In this document: positions 57,901 to 64,000 of the stretch, one piece after another
Position numbering within the stretch: the first letter of the stretch is position 1
Layout: the number at the start of each line of letters is the position of its first letter
Origin: an uncultured Candidatus Saccharibacteria bacterium
Lineage (GTDB): Bacteria; Patescibacteriota; Minisyncoccia; Phycocordibacterales; UBA918
Assembly (NCBI GenBank): GCA_964552045.1
Contig: CAZKFF010000004.1
Coordinates: 20,368 to 84,367 of the forward strand
Reading direction: 5' to 3'
DNA length: 64,000 nt
Position numbers and translations under genes: made by a program
The notes under the pieces: model-generated
Told to the model about the DNA's origin: nothing
Database searches by the model: none
Seen by the model: the letters and a program-made list of their open reading frames with translations, nothing else

Positions 57901-58351
57901 CGCCTTCGCTTCCATCAAGACCGTCTGTACCAGTATCGCCTTCATCCCCCTGGCTTGGCGTTGTGCTTGCGGTTGAGGTCGCCGTGGTTGTAGCCGTTTG
58001 GCCATTCTCTGTGCCGCCAGCGCCATCTGTGCCATCCGCTCCATCGCCGTCGCCGCCCTGTGTACCATCGTCTGTTGAGCTCGCAGTTCCGCCGTCTTGG
58101 GGAGTAGAGGTCGCTGTTGTCGAAGCAGTCTGATCGGTGGATGACGCGGATGTCTGCGGCGATGATGTTGCCTGAGTTCCTCCGCCCGCGCCGTTGTCGG
58201 TCGAGCTCGCCTGTGTCTGACCGCCCGTTCCCTCGGGAACATCCTCCGCGAACACACTGACCGGGATGAGCGACAATAGTATGGAAACGATGATCAGCAC
58301 CGCCATGAAACGGTGCGGTCCCTCCATCACCCTAGAATAATACGCTGACAT
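54965..58351 (-). CDS. Large secreted protein: TGxN/TGDA Asn-rich repeats, two DUF11-like domains, FN3-like domain
   Basis: Four repeats ..(T/S)GxN..I.TG(D/E)...N..N.N; LTYAYTVTNHS..IGDLAPG and AGDSVDYKITVTNKG..WELGTILPGE..YTNTA; WETSKPSQSQVFYG..H..I.DLYPG. Confidence 0.85.
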   Translation of the reverse strand: MSAYYSRVMEGPHRFMAVLIIVSILLSLIPVSVFAEDVPEGTGGQTQASSTDNGAGGGTQATSSPQTSASSTDQTASTTATSTPQDGGTASSTDDGTQGGDGDGADGTDGAGGTENGQTATTTATSTASTTPSQGDEGDTGTDGLDGSEGGEGTAGATPDDEVTPVTVISDELLGDTDTPEEEENTGDVFKTGQTNTYIETGIATAQGELSTDANSNDVRSELEDVNQSDYDTYTFTATGTNDAVVTNDGLARATSGDNLAQGNTTAKIHTGDAVAAFNIANVVNSNVINSDGFIYLANRILEDGESLNLTDTFFPDVALEEAMSDTCSLLSCTSEDVIYNVSQMNHATITNSALVEAETGYNDADGGLGVEIVTGDAYAAANVLNVVNSNIIDSNYRLLTYNAIGDLDGDLVLPTGELFDTFFSRPNGTNQVERPEDVHVNADNLNDADVDNQLEAYAQTGNNDSTTDFDSSIVTGEGESESNVLNKINENTYGGDSLYLLIRIHGYWNGEVVGLPEGLTWDWTPDGIIIYNVDAEIAPSAFLGYDQDSYTANFTNNNTVALENNITLNAVSGENDIDGLVGSIRTGDAFASANVMNIANTNVIGTNWTMAIVNILGDFEGNISFAPTDIALAGTVTPADPLGPGGVLTYAYTVTNHSNSTATNIVLDQTLQNAHTSTGVTTQSDSIGDLAPGASTEVSFTAYVDDNIAEGTSTPVTAYATVSSDQGDMHFSDNLLMLSATAENPDPDSDTGTTTGTTTPSDDEENNSTTTPTYSQSGYYAQGSYSSGVCGVCGGSSSKKKKIDREEVEAIDPNKAPLLIITKEAENIDEDEIVTAGDSVDYKITVTNKGGNAYDAEVFDVLTNPIGSVVTQQSWELGTILPGEEIELTYTTEYDPTTPSGKYTNTARVVAYLEDSMKENGDDPLKVEDAEYTIQIKGLDLAIGNVVVLAYFPGLHGMTSALLGWETSKPSQSQVFYGTAQPVSPYNPNVANYGYQHASFKFPTEKTKHAMIINDLYPGRTHAYRIHAQTSKYIATSREYTFTVPAYVPRLTLAFPTNPVSQVAGAATTAVAPAAAAYVPPAPKPPVAPAVTTPPPPQTAPQVPEPEKPKQEGGVVGFVKNVFGFFR

Positions 58352-58802
58352 ACTTTACTAACATTAACTGCAATGAAAAAAGTGCTTCCTGGAGTGCCAA
58401 CAGCGCACTCTGATCTGAAGCGGTACTGCTTGAGCTTGCTGAGGCGGCTTTCACCTCTACTGTAGAACTGGTCGCAAAACCAAATGACGGCGCGGTCTTT
58501 TGGGCAGAGATGACTTCCTGACCGTTGTTCATGGTCGATTCGATGCGGACCGAAGCGCCGCTGTCCCTATCGACATTGATTACGCTTCTTCCTGAAACGC
58601 CCGGAGCGCCATCCTGACCATCTTTGCCATCTTCACCGTCTTTCCCGTCGGTGGTTATCCCGCCGGTTTGCTGGCTTGAATACACCACATTGGTGACGAA
58701 TGGCACAGTTTGCGCCTGTGCATATGCTGTCGCAACTGTACTAGAAACAGCAGTGATTGCAAGAAATGCGAATATTCGGTTGTATAGCCCCTTCATAGTC
58801 AT
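58332..58802 (-). CDS. Small secreted protein with a short collagen-like GxD stretch
   Basis: Signal peptide; TGGITTDGKDGEDGKDGQDGAPGVSG; hydrophobic C-terminal helix; overlaps the downstream gene. Confidence 0.75.
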   Translation of the reverse strand: MTMKGLYNRIFAFLAITAVSSTVATAYAQAQTVPFVTNVVYSSQQTGGITTDGKDGEDGKDGQDGAPGVSGRSVINVDRDSGASVRIESTMNNGQEVISAQKTAPSFGFATSSTVEVKAASASSSSTASDQSALLALQEALFSLQLMLVKYVSVLF

Positions 58803-58804
58803 AT

Positions 58805-58875
58805 CCCTCTATAAAGCCGGAAGTGCTTCTGGCTTTAAGAGAGGGCCTCTCTGCATGAAGCAGAGAGGAACCCTC
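58805..58875 (-). promoter_or_regulatory. Twin hairpins between the Gly-rich gene and the 156-aa gene (terminator/attenuator candidate)
   Basis: TAAAGCCGGAAG/CTTCTGGCTTTA (58812-58837) and CCTCTCTGC/GCAGAGAGG (58846-58868). Confidence 0.55.
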
Positions 58876-58886
58876 ACCAGGTCGAA

Positions 58887-59981
58887 TTAACGACGTACAA
58901 CTCGTGTAACGTTTCGGTTGACCGTATTGGTAACCGTGCTCCATGAGTCTGCGCGTCCGGTTCGGACAATTCCACCCTGTCCGCCGTTGCCGCCGTTGCC
59001 TCCTGAAGCACCGACACCTGTGTTGCCACCTGTGCCTCCAGCTGCACTGTCGCCGCCGTCGCCTCCAGCTCCGGTAGTACCGCCGTTGCCGCCAACGCCG
59101 CCGTTGCCGCCTTCCTGCGTGCCGTCAACTTCGTCGGTTCCGAGAGAATCAGCGTCGCCGCCGTTTCCTCCCTCTTCACCGTCTCCAGCACCCTGTGTGT
59201 CTCCACCAGGAGCAACATTGAGGCTTGTTCCACCGTCTCCGGCTGTTGATCCGCCGTTGCCGCCGTTGCCGCCGTTGCCAGCGTCATCTCCAGTAGACGT
59301 GTTAGCTCCTGAGTCAGAAGCCGCAACACCTACATTGAGAAGTCCAACGTTATTTGTGCTGCTTGTGGTCGCTGCTGTCTCGTCGAGATCAGCTGCACTG
59401 CCGTCACGGATGATCTCGGTGTCGTTGCTGTTCACATCATTGAGAATATCTGAAGTTGAGATGGCATTTCCAGTCTCAATGAGACCGCCGTTGCCACCAT
59501 CACCTCCGTCTCCGCCGTGTCCGCCAGCGCCAGTGTTGCCGCCGTTGCCGCCGATTCCACTGTCGCCTCCAGCTCCACCTTCTCCGGTGTTACCGCCGTC
59601 GCCTCCAGCGCCGCCGTTGCCAGCTGTCTGAGTAGCCGCTGTGCCGTCAACATCACCGTTGGCATCACCGCCGTTGCCACCTTCATCACCATCTCCAGCG
59701 CCCTGTGTTGAACCGCCAGGTGCCACATTGATGCTTGATCCGCCGTCGCCAGCGTTGTTGCCGCCGTTGCCTCCGTCTCCGCCACGTCCACCGCGTCCAC
59801 CACGTGAAGTATTTCCGCCAGTGTTTGATGAAGAGATAGAGACATTAGCAATGGTAGCTGTGTTGTTGTTTGTTACAACCACGCTGTCATCCTCGTACGC
59901 CTGTGCAGGCAGAACGAAGAGACTGAGTGTCAGTGCCGCAGCTCCGAACACTGCTGTTGCTTGTTTTACTGCTAGTGTCAT
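58887..59981 (-). CDS. Secreted Gly-rich protein with two TGGN...TG(N/R)A repeats interrupted by GGxGGx inserts
   Basis: Signal peptide ending AQA; two internal repeats, each with NVAPGG.TQGAGDG.EGGNGGDA. Confidence 0.85.
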   Translation of the reverse strand: MTLAVKQATAVFGAAALTLSLFVLPAQAYEDDSVVVTNNNTATIANVSISSSNTGGNTSRGGRGGRGGDGGNGGNNAGDGGSSINVAPGGSTQGAGDGDEGGNGGDANGDVDGTAATQTAGNGGAGGDGGNTGEGGAGGDSGIGGNGGNTGAGGHGGDGGDGGNGGLIETGNAISTSDILNDVNSNDTEIIRDGSAADLDETAATTSSTNNVGLLNVGVAASDSGANTSTGDDAGNGGNGGNGGSTAGDGGTSLNVAPGGDTQGAGDGEEGGNGGDADSLGTDEVDGTQEGGNGGVGGNGGTTGAGGDGGDSAAGGTGGNTGVGASGGNGGNGGQGGIVRTGRADSWSTVTNTVNRNVTRVVRR

Positions 59982-60029
59982 AAATAATTGTGTAACTTAA
60001 GATTAATTGCTTGTTAATAAAGAAACTTT

Positions 60030-60395
60030 CCCTCTCTCCCGTAACCCGAAAGAAAGGAGAGCTGTTTCGACCACATGGGCATGTAAACACATACCCATAC
60101 AATGAAACCTGGAAACTAAGATTTCATTGTATGGATATGCATGTATTAACACACACAATGGATGATGAACTGATGAAGAAGGACCGTGCGGCAATGCACA
60201 ACAAAAAAGCTCTTTGCCGAACGCAGCAAAAAGCTTTTTGGAAGTGACGCAATGATGTAACCGCAAGTAATACTTGGGCTGGGAACCAATTCATATATAC
60301 CTCCGCCACGACTCTGGTTCCCACGCCATGTCAGTGGATTGAGTGAACACATTTTATGCTCACCAGCACAACAGTCAAATGAATGATCCACTGCG
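60030..60395 (-). promoter_or_regulatory. Long structured upstream region (putative 5' leader) of the Gly-rich gene
   Basis: Stems CCATACAATGAAA/TTTCATTGTATGG, CAAAAAAGCT..TTTGC/GCAAA..AGCTTTTTG, TGGGAACCA/TGGTTCCCA, CAGTGGAT/ATCCACTG, CTCTCC/GGAGAG. Confidence 0.5.
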
Positions 60396-60474
60396 ATACA
60401 TCTCGCACCGATGTCAATACAGTGCTCTCATCTGTTCTTCATAAAAATGTAAAGAGGATTGGTATAATGTAAAA

Positions 60475-60562
60475 AATAAGCCCTGTGATGAACCGGCGTA
60501 TCCGTGGGAACAACTTCCCCGCAAGGGGAAATCGGGATAGCCGGTTCATCACAGGGCTTATT
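60475..60562 (+). ncRNA. Candidate ~88-nt rod-shaped small RNA of unknown family
   Basis: Perfect 23-bp closing stem (60475-60497/60540-60562), inner stem, terminal TTCCCC-GCAA-GGGGAA (GNRA loop on the + strand); extended -10 TGGTATAAT at 60460-60468. Confidence 0.55.
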
Positions 60563-60645
60563 GCTGTGCTTGCGCAGCAATATAGTGTAGAACTCATGTA
60601 TACGCAATCTGTACAAACGGCGTTTTAGTTTCATTGCAGGTATAC

Positions 60646-60685
60646 TACAGCAAAAAACCGCCAAGAATGGCGGTTTTTTGCTGTA
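60646..60685 (-). terminator. Intrinsic bidirectional terminator after 60709-62022
   Basis: Perfect 18-bp inverted repeat TACAGCAAAAAACCGCCA-AGAA-TGGCGGTTTTTTGCTGTA. Confidence 0.85.
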
Positions 60686-60708
60686 TTCTGTCTCATTAAC
60701 AATGCAAC

Positions 60709-62022
60709 TTACACAGCCGTACTGTTTCTGCGACTGATCTGTGCGGCGGCGAATCCGAGCGCGAGCACAAGCACGGTGATCATAAACGGTACAGAAGTAG
60801 TTCCGCCGCTTGCACCACCAAAGCCGGTATTTGGTGCCCCAACAGGATAGATTGATGTCTGCTCGCCGAGTACCTGTCCTCCAGGCGCTCCGCCAGTGAA
60901 GTCGTCTTCATCATCGTCGATGGTTCCGGCTCCACCTCCGTCGTTGTCGTCATCATCGTCATTATCATTACTGTCATTGTCATCGTTGTCACGAAGCTCA
61001 ATGCGCACCCCATTGCCGCTGCTGCCTCCTCCATTCGAGGTATCGCGGTCATTGCCGAAGTTGTAGTCGCCGAGCGGTATGGTGCTCGTGGCCGTGCCGG
61101 TTGCATTCACCGTGTGCGTGTTGCCCGACGGGAATGTCTGATCCCAGTTGTTCTGCGTGGTCTGCGACACCACCCACTGCCCGTCTGTCACCAGCAATGT
61201 ATAGCGACCGTTTGCATCCGTCATGTCAGTACGGGTTATCTCTCCGGTCTGCGAAGCAGAGACGATCCAGTCCTGGAGACCGCTCTCTCCTGAATCAAAC
61301 ACTCCGTCCTCATCTTCGTCATTCCAGACCACACCCGTTATTTCGTAGAGCTGTCCTCCGCCAACATTGAAATTGTTGGTTATCGTACAGGTGGTGGTAG
61401 CGCCGACATCAATGACCACATTGCTACAGTTGCTGTACGTCGGCGTATAGTTTGCCGCTGGCGTTTCGGTGATCGAATACGTTCCCGTGGCAAGTTCGAC
61501 CAGGTTCGAGCCATCCGCTTCAAAGGCGGAGGCTGTTCCTCCGTTGACCGCAAAGCTGAACGATGAGGTCGCCGCTGGACCGCCGTTCACGATCTTATTG
61601 ACCATGAGCATCCCGGTTGTGGTGGTCGGCGTCGATGTGCCGCTTCCTGTCGTGGTTGCAGTGTTCGTAATGGTGCACACCGGCGTATTGGTTGCCGTGA
61701 GCATGATATCGTCGCAGCCAAAGTAGATGGTTGTATATCCTGCTACCTGAGCTTCAGTGATATCGTACGTTCCCGTTGCCAAGGTAAGATCATTGCTTCC
61801 ATCGGCTTCAAACGGCGTTGAAGAGGCGCCGTTTATAAGAAAACTGAAGTCGCTGGCTGTGACTGTTGTCGTGCCGACGATCTGTTTCTCTACGGTAATA
61901 GTTCCTTGCGGGGGTACTGCCTGTGCTTTGACCTCCGCAAGCGGAGCAAGGATCATCGCGCACAACGCAAACAGTGCAAATGCGATTTGCACTTTCCCTA
62001 CCGCAAAAAATGAAGAATTCAT
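60709..62022 (-). CDS. Sortase-anchored surface protein: two prealbumin-like domains, SdrD-B-like domain, GAPNTGFGG sorting signal
   Basis: Two K.IV..F.F.ING..FEADGSN..LATGTY.ITE..C..CTITN units; ITGVVWNDEDEDGVFDSGESGL..TDANGRY..YNFGN; GAPNTGFGG followed by TM and RR. Confidence 0.88.
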   Translation of the reverse strand: MNSSFFAVGKVQIAFALFALCAMILAPLAEVKAQAVPPQGTITVEKQIVGTTTVTASDFSFLINGASSTPFEADGSNDLTLATGTYDITEAQVAGYTTIYFGCDDIMLTATNTPVCTITNTATTTGSGTSTPTTTTGMLMVNKIVNGGPAATSSFSFAVNGGTASAFEADGSNLVELATGTYSITETPAANYTPTYSNCSNVVIDVGATTTCTITNNFNVGGGQLYEITGVVWNDEDEDGVFDSGESGLQDWIVSASQTGEITRTDMTDANGRYTLLVTDGQWVVSQTTQNNWDQTFPSGNTHTVNATGTATSTIPLGDYNFGNDRDTSNGGGSSGNGVRIELRDNDDNDSNDNDDDDDNDGGGAGTIDDDEDDFTGGAPGGQVLGEQTSIYPVGAPNTGFGGASGGTTSVPFMITVLVLALGFAAAQISRRNSTAV

Positions 62023-62174
62023 ATTAGTTACGTTTATTACTACGTCTGATAATCGTCAAAGTCCCGTTAAAGTGAACTTTGCTATATACGGTACTGTGTA
62101 GGTATGAAACAGCTATGAAGAAAAGCTCTGTTTGCACACAGGCACACAGAGCTCCTTCTTCCATCGGCAGATGC

Positions 62175-63101
62175 TTACGGCATCTGGAATTCCCCGCGCA
62201 GCTTCAGGAATGCCCCGCTGTGCGCACACACCATCGGATGGTCCGCCGGTACGGTATTGGTCGCCTGCTGCAGCTCCAGGAATACCCGTTCGTGATGCGC
62301 TTCCATGCGCCTGATGAAATCGAGACGGTCGTGCTGCATATCCTGCAGCGTGAATTCATGCTGGATAGGCCCGGGGAACACGGCACATCCGTGGAAATAA
62401 CGGTCGCTTGACGTTGCGAGCACACCCATGATCCGTACTTCGTCGCCGGTAAAAAGATTCACTTTGTCTATAGGATTCAGTTCCGCAGTATCGAGTGTCC
62501 ATGTTCCGCCGCGCTTATCGCGAAACTGCACGGTGTATGAATCGTCGCCTTCTCGCTCGTACATGCCCACCAAGCGCCCCTCCTCAGGAGCAAGCCACAT
62601 CTTGGTCTCCAGTTTTTCGACGTTCATAAACAGCGGTATCCGTCCTGCCTGCGCATCAATAAGCAGACCTATGCCTGCGGAATGGAGCACTGCTCCACCG
62701 ATGAGGCTCAGTACAAAACTGCTGAGGACGATCTGCCACAGCGGATAGGTGTACCCGCGTTTGGTATGACGCAGATTGTAATGCGCGAGCACGGCCATCA
62801 GAATAAACAGAAGTGCCCATGCATACGGGAGCACCTCGATAGTGAACTCCAGCATATCCTGCTGCAGGCCTTCTTTGAAGGCGAAACCGGCATGCATGAA
62901 TATGAGAAGCATCGCTGAGAACGAGATTGCACCAATAACCACGGAAAGCGCCCATAAAACCCACATGCCATATTCAAACAGAAGGAATTTCCATCGCGGC
63001 GTCTGCATGACGTTTTCTTTTTCAATGCGGCTGAGGACAGAAACCGACAACGGTGAGTGTTCACTGTGTTCCTGAGGCTGCTGTGTGTGTGGTGTTGTCA
63101 T
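62175..63101 (-). CDS. Multi-TM membrane protein, probable anti-sigma/sensor partner of the ECF sigma factor
   Basis: 4-nt overlap with the sigma gene; VLSRIEKE..PRWKF, three TMs, RHTKRGY, C-terminal OB-like domain. Confidence 0.65.
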   Translation of the reverse strand: MTTPHTQQPQEHSEHSPLSVSVLSRIEKENVMQTPRWKFLLFEYGMWVLWALSVVIGAISFSAMLLIFMHAGFAFKEGLQQDMLEFTIEVLPYAWALLFILMAVLAHYNLRHTKRGYTYPLWQIVLSSFVLSLIGGAVLHSAGIGLLIDAQAGRIPLFMNVEKLETKMWLAPEEGRLVGMYEREGDDSYTVQFRDKRGGTWTLDTAELNPIDKVNLFTGDEVRIMGVLATSSDRYFHGCAVFPGPIQHEFTLQDMQHDRLDFIRRMEAHHERVFLELQQATNTVPADHPMVCAHSGAFLKLRGEFQMP

Positions 63102-63679
63102 AGATGTAAATGTGTATCCCGTAACTGTGCCTTGAGTTCCTTCTTTCCGCGATGGATGAGCGTTCCAACCGTGCCCGGGGGTATTTTCAAAATGTCGGAT
63201 ATCTCTTCGTATTCCTTGTGTTCAAAGAAGCGGAGAATGAGTGCATCACGGTACTTCTGGTCAATGCGCCCGAATGCCCTGCTTACCTCCTGTGCATTTA
63301 TCCTGATATCAAAATGCTTTTCTGCGGTCTCTTCGGGCGAGGATATGAGCCCGAGGATGTCCTCCTGCGCATCCACCAGATGCCCTTCGGGGCGCACGCG
63401 TTTTCTGCGGTAGAAACTGATCGCCTCATTGTGGGCGATGCGGTAGATCCAGGAAGAAAATGAAAGTTCGGTATCAAATCCGTAGAGATTCTTGTAGACC
63501 TTTATAAAAATATTCTGAAGAACATCGGCGCGGTCATCCTCATTGTGAATGCCGAGCCGGCGGACATAGCGAGAAAGCTTGTCCTCGTACCGCAGAACAA
63601 TGTGCTCGAAAAACGCTGTGTCACCGAGCGTCTTTGCAACGATCTCCTCATCGGTCATAGAAGAAACATTTTCGTGCAT
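63098..63679 (-). CDS. ECF RNA polymerase sigma-70 factor (SigW/RpoE-like)
   Basis: Region 2 DVLQNIFIKVYKNL..FSSWIYRIAHN; region 4 YEEISDILKIPPGTVGTLIHRGKKEL. Confidence 0.95.
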   Translation of the reverse strand: MHENVSSMTDEEIVAKTLGDTAFFEHIVLRYEDKLSRYVRRLGIHNEDDRADVLQNIFIKVYKNLYGFDTELSFSSWIYRIAHNEAISFYRRKRVRPEGHLVDAQEDILGLISSPEETAEKHFDIRINAQEVSRAFGRIDQKYRDALILRFFEHKEYEEISDILKIPPGTVGTLIHRGKKELKAQLRDTHLHL

Positions 63680-63753
63680 TGTTACATCCTACGCGAGTAT
63701 GGATACCTCCGCACGGATTTTGCACATTATCGGCGCTACGCTAAAATATACGC

Positions 63754-64000
63754 ATGAGCATACAATATATTTCAGGCGGCCTCCTGGCGCTTTTTCTTCT
63801 GATGTGCATCCCGAACAGCGCAGAAGCATACTTCACCACCGCACAGTCCGGGGTGAAACTCTCGGGATCTGCAGCGTTGTATACAATCTCGTACGCATTC
63901 GGCCTTGAAGACCATGACATCTATATGCCGGTTTTGGCCGTGCGGAATCTTTCAGAAGAGAATAGCCGAAACAAGGTCGGCTATACCATCCGGGAGGAAA
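63754..64000 (+). CDS. Secreted hypothetical protein, partial (runs off the right edge)
   Basis: Manual translation MSIQYISGGLLALFLLMCIPNSAEAYFTTAQ...KVGYTIREE, open to the window end; signal peptide with AEA cleavage; TAAAAT 6 nt upstream. Confidence 0.8.
   Translation, partial: MSIQYISGGLLALFLLMCIPNSAEAYFTTAQSGVKLSGSAALYTISYAFGLEDHDIYMPVLAVRNLSEENSRNKVGYTIREE

Noticed and set aside
58887-59981. PE-PGRS protein or CRISPR-like repeat array
   Set aside because: The repeats are coding GGN triplets in a Sec-signal protein with no PE domain, and there is no repeat-spacer periodicity.
60475-60562. SRP (4.5S) RNA or 6S RNA
   Set aside because: It lacks the CAGG/GGAA/AGCAG helix-8 signature and is about half the usual 6S length. 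Kept only as an unknown ncRNA candidate.
4951-63101. Alternative genetic code 25 (TGA = Gly)
   Set aside because: Several genes end cleanly at TGA right after complete domains, and the long ORFs are open under code 11.
78-63908. Hundreds of plus-strand and nested ORFs in the track
   Set aside because: They are antisense or off-frame shadows of long minus-strand genes with coherent domains, and show no motifs of their own.

Overview
About 63 kb of almost entirely minus-strand genes, nearly all for secreted or membrane-anchored surface proteins. The style suggests a Patescibacteria (CPR, Parcubacteria-like) genome: ATST/ATTT-rich secreted proteins, GQVLG motifs, and TGA read as stop (code 11). 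This taxonomy is inference. Block 1 (1-47 kb) is a surface-assembly locus. It has four cohesin-domain and three dockerin-domain proteins but no recognisable carbohydrate-active enzyme, WxL-like subunits next to DUF916/DUF3324-like chaperone-type proteins, and a MacB-type ABC pair. It also has two non-catalytic FGE/C-type-lectin-fold proteins, Hsp20, and a ~6340-aa giant adhesin. The adhesin carries three tandem phage-tail-collar/HxH repeats, three loop-inserted DUF2341 modules and a C-terminal module shared with a 618-aa neighbour. A second large protein runs off the left edge; the ORF track missed it. A umuDC pair separates block 1 from block 2 (49-64 kb). Block 2 has a CAP protein, a peptidoglycan-binding protein, a class F sortase with GAPxTGxGG substrates, three genes with Asn-rich TGxN/TGDA repeats, and an ECF sigma/anti-sigma pair. 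Non-coding signals include many leaderless-type promoters, long structured 5' leaders on the presumed major subunits, and an 88-nt hairpin RNA candidate with its own promoter. All domain calls were made by eye, without database searches.
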